Assembly (NCBI GenBank): GCA_046757685.1
Contig: JBHHYV010000006.1
Location: forward strand, 283-64,282
Direction: 5' to 3'
Source of the DNA: Myxococcota bacterium
Lineage (GTDB): Bacteria > Myxococcota_A > UBA9160 > SZUA-336
DNA: 64,000 bases
The notes under the pieces are model-generated. The model was not told the DNA's origin. It saw only the letters and a program-made list of their open reading frames with translations, and did no database searches. Below are positions 41,582 through 50,707 of the stretch, piece by piece. A program made the translations under genes and the position numbers. Position 1 is the first letter of the stretch. Every line of letters begins with the position of its first letter.

Positions 41582-42331
41582 CTACTCGAGCAGCTCGGGC
41601 AGGATCTGGCTGAGGGAGCCCCGAAGCACCGCGTCGGCGAGCGCATCCATCTCGGTCGGCTCGGCGTTGGCGATCACGATCTTCGATCCCGCCTGCCGGG
41701 CCAGCGGGACCACGCCGGCGATGGGGAACACGGCGAGCGTGGACCCGACTGCGAGCAGCAGATCGCTGGCCTCGGCGGCCCGTTCGGCCCGTTCCAGGTC
41801 CTCGGGCACGAGCCCCTGCCCGAAGGAGATCGTCGCGGACTTGAGGATCCCTCCGCAGCTCGGGCACGGCGGGTCGTCCTCTCCCGCCCGCACCCGCTCC
41901 AGGGCGGCCTCCATCGGACCGCGTTCCCCGCACGTCATGCAGACGACCTCGCGCAGGGTCCCGTGGATCTCGATGACCCGATCGGGGGAGGTCCCCGCCT
42001 GCTGGTGCAGGCCGTCCACGTTCTGGGTGATCAGCGTGTGCAGCGTGCCGCGCCGCTCGAGCGCTACGATCGCCCGGTGTCCCGCATTGGGCTCCCTGCG
42101 GCGGGCCAGCGACTGGAGCCGGCTCCGCCAGGCTCTGCGGCGGACCTCCGGGTCGGACAGGTAGTGGTCGAGGGTCGCCATCTTCTCGGCCTCGGGATTT
42201 CGGGTCCAGAGCCCCTGCGGCCCCCGAAAGTCCGGGATCCCGGAGTCGGTCGAGATCCCGGCGCCGCTCAGCACGACGACCCGTTGGGCGGCGTCGATCC
42301 AGCCCCGCACCCGGCGCAGCTCGCTCTCCAT
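41582..42331 (-). CDS. cobB: NAD-dependent protein deacylase (Sir2 family)
   Basis: VVVLSGAGISTDSGIPDFRGPQGLW, ITQNVDGLH, and a Zn ribbon (CxxC...CPSCGG). Confidence 0.85.
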   Translation of the reverse strand: MESELRRVRGWIDAAQRVVVLSGAGISTDSGIPDFRGPQGLWTRNPEAEKMATLDHYLSDPEVRRRAWRSRLQSLARRREPNAGHRAIVALERRGTLHTLITQNVDGLHQQAGTSPDRVIEIHGTLREVVCMTCGERGPMEAALERVRAGEDDPPCPSCGGILKSATISFGQGLVPEDLERAERAAEASDLLLAVGSTLAVFPIAGVVPLARQAGSKIVIANAEPTEMDALADAVLRGSLSQILPELLE

Positions 42332-42449
42332 TCCCGGTGGGCCTCCCCTGGCGCCAGTATCGCAAGCTGGCGCCGATCCGGCTCGGCGGGATGGGGCTCC
42401 CGGCGGCCGCGGGTTGACGGTGGGGGCGCTTCGATCACACTGCAGGCCG

Positions 42450-43712
42450 ATGACGGAGTCGCTCGGCATCGCGCAGCGCCTGGCCTTTCTGGACTTCGGG
42501 GAGGGCGACCGGCGGGCGCTCGCGTCGCTGCGACCGCTGCTCGAGGCGAATGCGGAGCGGCTGGTCGCCCACTTCTACCGCCACCTGCTCTCCTTCGAGC
42601 CGACCCGCCGGCTGCTGCGGGATCCCGAGGTCAAGGAGCGGCTGTTGACCCTCCAGCGCGACTACCTGCTGAGCCTGGCCGGACCTCGGATCGACGAGGC
42701 GTTCGCCGCGGACCGGCTGCGGATCGGCCGGACCCACGAGCGGGTCGGGCTCGACGTGCAGTGGTACCTGGGTGCCTACTCGCTCTACTTCTCGCTCCTG
42801 CTGCCGCTGATCCACGAGCGCTACGAGGGGGATGCTCCGCGCTGCGAGCGGACCATCGCCGCGCTCGTGAAGCTCCTGATTCTCGACGCCTCGCTCGCGA
42901 TGGGCGCGTACATCGAGGACCGCCAGTCGGCGCTCGAGGAGGCCAACCGCGAGCTGGCCGAGATCGGGCGCAGCCTCGAGCGCCAGATCGAGGCGGCCGG
43001 GCTCGCGCTCTCCAAGACCACCCGTCGCGCGCGCGCCGCCGAGGAGCTGGCCTCGATCGCGACGCTGGTGGCTGGGCTCGCTCACGAGATCGGAACCCCG
43101 ATGAGCGTGATCCAGGGGCACGCCGAGCTGCTGGAGTCGGCCGTCTCGGAGCCTCGCGCCCGTGAGCGGCTCGCGATCATCCGGGGCCAGGTCGATCGCA
43201 TCTCGCGGATCATCCAGACGCTGCTCCGGGTGGCACGCCCCCACCCGCCGGTGCGGACCCGCTTGTCGCTGGACGACCTGATCCATACGACGCTGAGCTT
43301 CGTGCGCGAGAAGCTCCAGCGGAGACAGATCCAGGTGGATTGCGAGCTCGATGCTCCTACCTCGATTTCCGGAGACGCCGACCGGATTCAGCAGCTATTC
43401 CTGAACCTCTTCCTGAATGCTGCGGATGCCATGCCCCAGGGTGGGACCCTGCGCGTGAGAGCGCGGCAGGTCGACGACTGCGTCGAGATCCGGATCTCGG
43501 ACACGGGCCGAGGGATTCCCCCCAAGGACCTCGAGCACGTCTTCGAGCCCTTCTACACCACCAAGCCCGCGGGCCAGGGGAGCGGCCTGGGGCTGGTGGT
43601 CGCGAGCGGAATCGTCCTCGACCACGACGGCGAGATCGACGTGACCAGCGAGGAGGGCAAGGGCACCGAGTTCCGCATCCAGCTGCCGACTCGGGACGCC
43701 GCCGCCGGCTAG
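42450..43712 (+). CDS. globin-coupled sensor histidine kinase
   Basis: Protoglobin-like N-terminus (LAFLDFGEGDRRAL...FYRHLL...RIGRTHERVGLDVQWYLGAY), a coiled linker, HisKA (LAHEIGTPMSVIQGHAELL) and HATPase (DTGRGI...GSGLGL). Confidence 0.8.
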   Translation: MTESLGIAQRLAFLDFGEGDRRALASLRPLLEANAERLVAHFYRHLLSFEPTRRLLRDPEVKERLLTLQRDYLLSLAGPRIDEAFAADRLRIGRTHERVGLDVQWYLGAYSLYFSLLLPLIHERYEGDAPRCERTIAALVKLLILDASLAMGAYIEDRQSALEEANRELAEIGRSLERQIEAAGLALSKTTRRARAAEELASIATLVAGLAHEIGTPMSVIQGHAELLESAVSEPRARERLAIIRGQVDRISRIIQTLLRVARPHPPVRTRLSLDDLIHTTLSFVREKLQRRQIQVDCELDAPTSISGDADRIQQLFLNLFLNAADAMPQGGTLRVRARQVDDCVEIRISDTGRGIPPKDLEHVFEPFYTTKPAGQGSGLGLVVASGIVLDHDGEIDVTSEEGKGTEFRIQLPTRDAAAG

Positions 43713-44149
43713 TCCGAGAGAGCCTCGAACTCAGGCGCGTAGGCGGCTCGGATCAGGTCGGACTCGGTGATCAGGCCGATCACTACGCTCCGTCCTTCCC
43801 GCTCGCTCACCACGGGCAGGCAGCCGATCTTGTGACGCAGCAGGAGCCTGGCCGCCTCCTGAAGCGAGGTCTCGGGCCCGGTGGTCACGGGGTGGGCCGA
43901 CATGATCTCGCCCACCCGGATCCTGCGAAGGTGATCCTGGCTCGCGGCCGGGTCGGCCGCGCTCTCGATTCGCGAGAGGGCCGTCTCGAGGACGTCGCGG
44001 TTGCTCAAGACCCCGACCAGCGCCTCGCGCTCGACCACCGGGAGATGCCGGATGCGGGCGAGGCGCATGATCCGGTCCGCATCGAGCAGCGAGTCCTCCG
44101 GAGAGATGTGGACGAACTCCGTCCTCATCAGGTCCGAGACACTCTTCAT
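43709..44149 (-). CDS. CBS-domain pair protein
   Basis: Two CBS repeats (VSDLMRTEFVHISPEDSLLDADRIMRLARIRHLPVV... and VGEIMSAHPVTTGPETSLQEAARLLLRHKIGCLPVV). Confidence 0.8.
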   Translation of the reverse strand: MKSVSDLMRTEFVHISPEDSLLDADRIMRLARIRHLPVVEREALVGVLSNRDVLETALSRIESAADPAASQDHLRRIRVGEIMSAHPVTTGPETSLQEAARLLLRHKIGCLPVVSEREGRSVVIGLITESDLIRAAYAPEFEALSD

Positions 44150-44302
44150 GCCCACTCCCGCTGCACGTCGTGTACCGGGAACATCCGCGCACCGAGCGCG
44201 GCGCTCCGTGGAGGCGAGACGGTTCGTCTCGGACAGAGGCAGATTGCCTCGCCGACGCGGGGGCCGAGGCGCGGGCGACCGCCGATGTGCGCAGCTACCC
44301 CT

Positions 44303-45385
44303 CTAGCTTCGCCAGGGCTCGACGAGGATCTTTGCGTGGCGCTCGGGCGTGGCCAGCTCCTCGAACGCACCGGCCACGCCCTCGACCCCGACCTTGCCGG
44401 TGATCAGGGGGTCGACCTCGAGCTCTCCGTCGGCGATGTGGCGCAGGGTGTCGGCGAACTCGTTCGGGCTGTAGCCCAGCACGAACTGGAGGTTCAGCTC
44501 CTTGTTGATGCCGAGACTGGGCCGGATCTGGTCGTCCTGCATGCAGACGCCGACGACGACGATGCGGGCTCCCCGGTAGGCGCCGCGCATGATCTGGTCG
44601 ATCACGCCCGGCACTCCCACACACTCGAAGATCACTCCGGGCCTCGGACCGGCGCCCATCATGGCCGCGAGCGGGTTGGAGGGGTCGCCGCCCTCCGGCG
44701 TGGCGAGCTGGGTCCACTCGGTATAGGGGGCGTGCTCGGCGGGGTCGATCACCACCTCGGCGCCCAGCTGCTGGGCGAGTCGACGCCGCGCGGGCGAGTA
44801 GTCGGCCGCCACGATCGGCCCGATGCCCTTCCGCTTCAGGCTCGCGACCACCGCCAGCCCGACGGGTCCGCAGCCGATCACCAGGGGCATGTCCTCCGCG
44901 CTCGCTTGCGCCTTCTCGACGGCGTGGCAGCCCACGGCCATGGGCTCGGTCAGTGCAGCCCGCTCGGTCTCCAGGCCGTTCGGTACCGGTAGCAGCAGCA
45001 TCTCGCTCAGGACCATCCGCTCGGCGTAGCCGCCGGGAACCTCGTTCGAGTAGCCGACGGCCTGGAATCCGCTCTGCCGCAGCAGGATCGGCATGGAGCA
45101 GACGCGTGAGCCGACGGGGAGCGTCTTCTGCGTCCCCGGACCGTGGTCGAGGATCTCGGCGCAGAACTCGTGCCCCATCACGATGTCGGCGGATGGGTCC
45201 ATGGTCGTCGCGGCGCCGGCCTCGGTCGCGTCGGCGACCATCTGGTCCATGTGACGCAGGGCGTGCAGGTCCGAGCCGCAGATGCCGCAGGCGAGCGTGC
45301 GCACGAGGACCTCTCCCGGACCCGGCACCGGGTCGGGGAGGGTGTCGACGACCAGCTTCTTCTCGCGCATGACGGTGGCGCGCAT
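44303..45385 (-). CDS. zinc-dependent alcohol dehydrogenase family (MDR) oxidoreductase
   Basis: GEVLVRTLACGICGSDLH (catalytic Zn site) and the Rossmann motif VIGCGPVGLA. Confidence 0.85.
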   Translation of the reverse strand: MRATVMREKKLVVDTLPDPVPGPGEVLVRTLACGICGSDLHALRHMDQMVADATEAGAATTMDPSADIVMGHEFCAEILDHGPGTQKTLPVGSRVCSMPILLRQSGFQAVGYSNEVPGGYAERMVLSEMLLLPVPNGLETERAALTEPMAVGCHAVEKAQASAEDMPLVIGCGPVGLAVVASLKRKGIGPIVAADYSPARRRLAQQLGAEVVIDPAEHAPYTEWTQLATPEGGDPSNPLAAMMGAGPRPGVIFECVGVPGVIDQIMRGAYRGARIVVVGVCMQDDQIRPSLGINKELNLQFVLGYSPNEFADTLRHIADGELEVDPLITGKVGVEGVAGAFEELATPERHAKILVEPWRS

Positions 45386-45492
45386 GTCGTTCTCCTCTGG
45401 GTCGCGGGGGCAGGCGATCCCGGGCGGCTCTCCCCCCCTCTCCCGCGGTGGGCGGTGCGAAGACATCCTGCCATATCGCTAAGCTCCGGGTC

Positions 45493-46887
45493 ATGCGCGT
45501 GATCCTCGGAGCCCTGCTGGTGACGCTCGCGGCCTGTGCCCCGGCCGAGCGCCGCTCGCCGAACGTCGTGGTCGTGCTGATCGACACGCTGCGCCCGGAC
45601 CACCTGCAGCTCGGGGGCTACCCCGAGCAGACCTCGCCCTTTCTCGACGGGGTGGCCGCACGCTCGACGGTCTTTCTCGACGCCGTCTCGGCCTCGTCGT
45701 GGACCGCACCGTCGACGGCCTCGATCTTCACCTCGGTCTATCCCCAGCAGCACGGCGTGGTCGAGGGCTGGTTCGCCGCCAGGGCGCTCGCGCGCAAGGT
45801 CCGCCGGGAGGGGCACGCGACTCTACCCCTGAACCGGATTCGCGAGGATCTGGCGACGCTGCCCGAGCTGCTCCGCGAGGCGGGCTACCGGACCTTTGGG
45901 ATCTCGACGAACGTGAACGTGGGGCCGGAGATGGGCTTCGATCAGGGCTTCGAGTCGTTCTACCGCTTTCCGCTGGTGCGCCCCGCCCAGGATCTCCGGC
46001 TGCACCAGATCGGGACCCTCGACGTCCAGTCGGAGCCCGCGGAGCAGGTCTACCGGAAGCTGGTCGAGTGGGAGGGACGGATCCGTGGGAAGGAGGGCGC
46101 GCCACCCTACTTCCTGTACCTGCACTTCAACGATCCGCACCGGCCCTACAACCCGCGCGCGCCCTGGTTCCGGGACAGTGACGATCCGGATCGGCGGGCC
46201 CTCTCGGCCTATGACAGCGAGATCCACTACCTGGACGGATGGCTCGAGAAGATCTGGGATCGGCTCGGCCTCCAGCGCGATACGATCGTGGTGTGGGTCA
46301 GCGATCACGGGGAGGGCTTCGGAGACCACGGCGAGTACGCCCACCGCTGGGGCCTCTACCGGGAGCTCAACCACGCCCTCTTCGTGATCTACGGACCGGG
46401 GTACGGCATTCTCGCCCAGCGCATCTCCGAGCGTGTCGCGGCCTGGGACCTGCTTCCGACGCTGCTCGATCTGCTGGGACTGAAGGCGCCCCCGGAGCGC
46501 GTCGGCTGGTCGCTGGCGCCGCTCGTGCGGCGGGGCCCGGGCGCCGAGACGCTTCGGCGCAAGCTCGAGAAGAGGCGCCTCTTCGCGCATCGCGAGCGGC
46601 GCACCGTGGCGCCCGGAGAGGTCTGGGCCGTCTTCTCGGGGCCCTGGAAGCTGATCGACGACATCGGGCGGATCGAGCTCTACGACACCCGGAACGACGT
46701 GTCGGAGCAGCGCGACCGGGCGGACGCTGAGCCCGAGATCGTGGGGCGGCTGCGGGCCCGGCTCGATGCCTTCAAGGGCGCGATGAGCAGGGTCTCGGCA
46801 CGCCGCGCGGGCGCCTCGGGCGCTACCGCCGTCGAGATCGACTCCGAGACCCTGCGCCAGCTCCAGGGTCTCGGGTACGCCGAATGA
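45493..46887 (+). CDS. sulfatase-like (alkaline-phosphatase superfamily) lipoprotein with a non-canonical nucleophile motif
   Basis: Lipobox LAAC and NVVVVLIDTLRPDHL. The position of the (C/S)xPxR formylglycine motif reads TAPST (45703-45717), followed by ASIFTSVYPQQHGV. Confidence 0.8.
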   Translation: MRVILGALLVTLAACAPAERRSPNVVVVLIDTLRPDHLQLGGYPEQTSPFLDGVAARSTVFLDAVSASSWTAPSTASIFTSVYPQQHGVVEGWFAARALARKVRREGHATLPLNRIREDLATLPELLREAGYRTFGISTNVNVGPEMGFDQGFESFYRFPLVRPAQDLRLHQIGTLDVQSEPAEQVYRKLVEWEGRIRGKEGAPPYFLYLHFNDPHRPYNPRAPWFRDSDDPDRRALSAYDSEIHYLDGWLEKIWDRLGLQRDTIVVWVSDHGEGFGDHGEYAHRWGLYRELNHALFVIYGPGYGILAQRISERVAAWDLLPTLLDLLGLKAPPERVGWSLAPLVRRGPGAETLRRKLEKRRLFAHRERRTVAPGEVWAVFSGPWKLIDDIGRIELYDTRNDVSEQRDRADAEPEIVGRLRARLDAFKGAMSRVSARRAGASGATAVEIDSETLRQLQGLGYAE

Positions 46888-47633
46888 GTCTCCCGACTGC
46901 GAGCGAGCTGCTGCAGGCGCGCCGGGTGCTCTGTGTCCAGCCGCACTACGACGACAACGACCTCGGGGCGGGGGGAACGATCGCGGCCCTCGCCGCGGCC
47001 GGGGCCGAGGTCTGCTACCTCACGGTGACCGACGACCTGGTGGGCGTGCTCGATCCGGAGCTCTCCGAGGACGAGGCAGGCAAGAGGCTCCGCGCGGACC
47101 AGGCGCGCGCGGCCGAGGCGATCGGGGTGGCTCGCCACGTCTGGCTCGGCCTGCCCGACGCCGGGTCCTACGACTACTTCGAGCTGCGTCGCGGGATCAT
47201 CGAGCAGATCCGTCACTTCCGGCCGGACTGGCTGTTCAGCGTGGACCCGTGGCTCCCCTACGAGTCGCACCGAGACCATCTCCTGGTCGGGAGGGCGGTC
47301 TCCGAGGCGCTCCTCCTCTACCGCTTTCCGCGCCTGCGCACCGATCCCGAGGTCGATCGTGCCTACACCCCCCACCCGGTCGAGGGGATCGCCTACTACT
47401 TCACCCGGGAGGCGAACCGGATCGTCGACATCGGCGGGACGCGTGCGTGCAAGCACCGGGCGCTCGACGCCTACGTCACCCAGCTCACTCCCGAGGATCG
47501 ACGCCGGCTGCATGCGGGGCTCGAGGCCCAGGAGCGCGCGTGGGCCCGAGGCGAGGACTTCGAGTACGCTGAGGCGCTGCGCGTGCTGAGACCCGGTCAG
47601 CTGCACGTGCACCTCGGTGAGAGCCCCCGCTAG
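46884..47633 (+). CDS. PIG-L/LmbE-family deacetylase
   Basis: VLCVQPHYDDNDLGAGGTIA (the HxDD motif) and a later HRDH. The ATG overlaps the upstream stop (ATGA). Confidence 0.8.
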   Translation: MSLPTASELLQARRVLCVQPHYDDNDLGAGGTIAALAAAGAEVCYLTVTDDLVGVLDPELSEDEAGKRLRADQARAAEAIGVARHVWLGLPDAGSYDYFELRRGIIEQIRHFRPDWLFSVDPWLPYESHRDHLLVGRAVSEALLLYRFPRLRTDPEVDRAYTPHPVEGIAYYFTREANRIVDIGGTRACKHRALDAYVTQLTPEDRRRLHAGLEAQERAWARGEDFEYAEALRVLRPGQLHVHLGESPR

Positions 47634-48147
47634 AGCCGTGGCCGCGGCGCGAGAGGTCCAGATCCGCGCGGGAGGAGAGGCCGATCTGCCCGCCATCGAC
47701 GTCATCTACGGCCACTACGTTCGCGAGACGCCGATCACCTTCGACGTGGAGCCGGCGACCCATGTGGCGCGGCGAGCCTGGCTGGACCCGTTCGCCCAGC
47801 GGGGTCCCCATCGGCTGCTGGTCGCCGAGACGGAGGGGCGGGTGGTGGGGTGGGTCGCGACGCACGTCTTCCGGGCCAAGGCCGCCTACGCGAGCTCCGC
47901 CGAGGTCAGCATCTACCTCTCCCCCGAGGCGACCGGCTGCGGGGTCGGGAGCCGCCTCTACGCGGGCCTCTTCGAGGCCCTTGCGAGCGAGGACCTGCAC
48001 CGGCTGTACGCGGGCGTCACCCTGCCCAACCCCGCGTCGATCGCCCTTCATCGTAAGTTCGGGTTTGGCTCGATCGGGGTGTTCCGCGAGGTGGGCTACA
48101 AGCTCGGGCGCTACTGGGACGTGGAGTGGTTCGAGAGGGCGCTCTAG
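47617..48147 (+). CDS. GNAT N-acetyltransferase (phosphinothricin-acetyltransferase-like)
   Basis: IDVIYGHYVRETPITFDVEP...GRVVGWV...GCGVGSRLY...NPASIALHRKFGF. The GTG start overlaps the upstream gene by 17 nt. Confidence 0.8.
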   Translation: MRAPARAVAAAREVQIRAGGEADLPAIDVIYGHYVRETPITFDVEPATHVARRAWLDPFAQRGPHRLLVAETEGRVVGWVATHVFRAKAAYASSAEVSIYLSPEATGCGVGSRLYAGLFEALASEDLHRLYAGVTLPNPASIALHRKFGFGSIGVFREVGYKLGRYWDVEWFERAL

Positions 48148-48980
48148 GCGCCGGTCAGCCCGCCGTCGACGACCAGTGTCTCGCCGGTCACGTAGCTCGA
48201 CTCCGGCGAGAGCAGGAAGAGCGCCGCGTAGGCGACCTCCCAGCCCGTTCCCTGCCGGCCGAGTGGTACGGGAGTCCTTGCCCGGCTCGGTCGCCCGCGC
48301 GTGGCGAGCCGGCCGAGTGGGGTGTCGATCAGGCCGGGTACCACCACGTTCGCGCGCAGCCCGCGGCGTCCGCCGGCCCGGGCGACCTCGCGGCAGAGCG
48401 CCTCCACTCCGGCCTTCGAGGCGTCGTAGGCCGGAATGCGCGATCCCGCCGAGCGCCCTGCGACCGAGCTGATGAACACGATGGAGCTCGACGGCGCCAG
48501 GAGCCCCAGCGCGGCCCGTGCGACCAGGAAGTGAGCGCGCAGGTTGACCGCGAAGGTCTGGTCCCACTCCTCCAGCGTCGTTCCCTCGAGGCCGCGGCCG
48601 ATGCCGATTCCGACGTTCAGGACGACCCCGTCCAGGCCTCCCAGCTCGGCTGCCGCCGCCGCGGGAAGCCCCTCGCACTCGGCCGGGCGCGACACGTCGA
48701 CCTGGATCCAGCGGCCCTGACCGCCCGCCTTCTCGATCCTTGCCAGCGTCTCGCGCGCCGAGTCCGGGTCGCGATCCGCGCATGCGACCGCCGCGCCCTC
48801 GCGAGCCGCGAGCAGCGCGATCGCGCGCCCGTTCCCGATCGGCGGGTCCGCCTCGTCCGAGGGCCGCGTACCCGCCCCCACCACCAGGATCCGGCGCCCC
48901 TCGAGCCTGCCGCGTCCGGGGGCCAGCCCCAGGGCCTCGGCAGGCAAGGGCGGGACCTCGGGCCGTTCGCGAGGGGACAC
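48144..48980 (-). CDS. SDR-family oxidoreductase
   Basis: ILVVGAGTR...IGNGRAIA, NVGIG, and YDASKAG (YxxxK). Confidence 0.8.
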   Translation of the reverse strand: MSPRERPEVPPLPAEALGLAPGRGRLEGRRILVVGAGTRPSDEADPPIGNGRAIALLAAREGAAVACADRDPDSARETLARIEKAGGQGRWIQVDVSRPAECEGLPAAAAAELGGLDGVVLNVGIGIGRGLEGTTLEEWDQTFAVNLRAHFLVARAALGLLAPSSSIVFISSVAGRSAGSRIPAYDASKAGVEALCREVARAGGRRGLRANVVVPGLIDTPLGRLATRGRPSRARTPVPLGRQGTGWEVAYAALFLLSPESSYVTGETLVVDGGLTGA

Positions 48981-49059
48981 TCTGCCAGTCTATCGCGCGC
49001 GCCCGCCCTGAGTCTCGCGCGCCGCCCTCGCGGGCGGGGGGAGGCTAGACTCGCCGACC

Positions 49060-50034
49060 ATGCGGCCCGCTCCAGAGCCCGTCCGCGCCTACCTGCTCGA
49101 TCTACAGGAGCGGATCTGCGCCTCGTTCGAGTCTGCCGACGGGGCGGGGCGCTTTCGAGAGGATCCCGTCTCGGGGCCGGGCCCGTCCCTGTCGCGGCCG
49201 CGCGTGCTCGAGGATGGAGCGGTCTTCGAGAGGGCGGCCGTGCACTTCACCCACTCCGCGGGGAGCCGATTGCCCGGAGCCGCAAGCGAGCGTCACCCCG
49301 AGCTCGCCGGCCGGCCCTTCGAGGCCGTCTCGCTCTCGCTGATCACCCATCCGCGAAATCCCTACGTGCCCACCTCGCACGCGAACCTGCGGTTCTTCCA
49401 GGGCTCGCCGGGGCGGGGCGAGGCGCCGGCCGGGGCCGGCTGGTGGTTCGGGGGCGGCTTCGACCTGACGCCCTTCTATCCCTTCGAGGAGGACGTGATC
49501 GCCTGGCATCGCGCCGCCCGCGAGGCGTGTGCCGAGCTCGGGGAAGGGGCCTATGCCGAGCTCAAGCGGGCCTGCGACGAGTACTTCCGGCTGCCCCACC
49601 GCGACGAGGCGCGCGGGGTCGGCGGCCTCTTCTTCGACGACCTCGCCGCCCCTGGCTTCGACCGCTGCTTCGCCTTCGTCCGCAGCGTGGGGGAGCACTA
49701 TCTCTCGGCCTACGGCGAGATCGTGGCGCGCCGGCGCGCCACGCCCTACGGCGAGCGCGAGCGGACCTTCCAGCTGCACCGTCGCGGGCGCTACGTGGAG
49801 TTCAACCTCCTCTACGACCGCGGCACCCGCTACGGGCTGCAGTCGGGTCGCCGTATCGAGGCGGTGCTGGCGTCACTGCCCCCCCGCGTGGCCTGGAGCT
49901 ACGACTGGAAGCCGGACCCGGGAACGCCGGAGGGGGAGCTGGTCGAGCGATTCCTGCAGCCGCGCGACTGGCTCTCCGAGGAGGCGGCGAGGCGCCCCTC
50001 CGCGACGGGTCCGAAGCGGGCGCGCGAGGTATGA
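49060..50034 (+). CDS. hemF: oxygen-dependent coproporphyrinogen III oxidase
   Basis: HPRNPYVPTSHANLRFF, WWFGGGFDLTPFYPFEED, GVGGLFFDDL and RRGRYVEFNLLYDRGT are hallmark HemF motifs. Confidence 0.9.
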   Translation: MRPAPEPVRAYLLDLQERICASFESADGAGRFREDPVSGPGPSLSRPRVLEDGAVFERAAVHFTHSAGSRLPGAASERHPELAGRPFEAVSLSLITHPRNPYVPTSHANLRFFQGSPGRGEAPAGAGWWFGGGFDLTPFYPFEEDVIAWHRAAREACAELGEGAYAELKRACDEYFRLPHRDEARGVGGLFFDDLAAPGFDRCFAFVRSVGEHYLSAYGEIVARRRATPYGERERTFQLHRRGRYVEFNLLYDRGTRYGLQSGRRIEAVLASLPPRVAWSYDWKPDPGTPEGELVERFLQPRDWLSEEAARRPSATGPKRAREV

Positions 50035-50041
50035 TGGGGCC

Positions 50042-50692
50042 ATGAGCCAACCACCCCGGATCGACCCCGACCAGATTCCCGATGCCATCTGGAAGCAGAT
50101 GAACATCAGCCGCGAGCGCTTTGCCGAGATCCGCGAGGAGATGCGCGCGCGGGAGGCGAGGGCGCCCCAGGTCGGCAGCGTTGCCTTCGACTTCGAGCTG
50201 GAACGGCTCGCACCCGACGGGGCCCGCACGCGAGAGTCCACGCGGCTCTCCGACTCGCGGGGACGCCCCGTCGCGCTGGTCTTCGGATCCTACACCTGAC
50301 CGCCGTTCCGGGCTCAGGCGGTCCGCCTGAACCAGATCTACCGTCGCCATCGCGAGCGCGTCGACTTCTTCTGCATCTACATCCAGGAGGCGCATCCCGA
50401 CGACGGCTGGCAGGTGCTGATGAACCTGGACCAGAAGGTGGTCTTCGATCAGCCCACCCAGGTCGAGGAGCGAGCGGAGATCGCCGCCGCCTGCAGGCTC
50501 GATCTGCACTTCGAGATGCCCATGCTCCTCGATCGCATGACCAACGAGGTCGATGCCGCCTACGCCGCCCTTCCCGAGCGCCTCTACGTGATCGATCGCG
50601 AGGGCCGCATCGCCTACCGGGGGGACATGGGTCCCTGGGGCTTCGATCCCGAGAGCTGGGAGCGCGCGATCGAGGCCGAGACCGCCGCCTGA
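50042..50692 (+). CDS. iodothyronine-deiodinase-family thioredoxin-fold selenoprotein (in-frame UGA = Sec at 50297-50299)
   Basis: The end of track ORF ..50299 and ORF 50414..50692 are in the same frame, with no other stop between them. Read-through gives VALVFGSYT-U-PPFRAQAV...VDFFCIYIQEAHPDDGWQV. This matches the deiodinase active site FGS(A)T-U-PPF and the (L)VYIDEAHPSDGW motif. Confidence 0.7.
50311..50333 (+). promoter_or_regulatory. candidate bacterial SECIS hairpin
   Basis: GG-C-UCAGGCG-GUC-CGCCUGA-A-CC: a 7-bp upper stem, one C-A mismatch and 2 further bp. It starts 11 nt after the UGA, and the apical region reads GGUC(C). Confidence 0.5.
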
Positions 50693-50707
50693 GAGCCCGG
50701 TCCGCCC

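Noticed and set aside
43709-43712. The shared CTAG, where the stop codons of the convergent kinase and CBS genes overlap.
   Set aside because: This is a trivial consequence of TAG being part of a palindromic tetranucleotide. It has no functional implication by itself.
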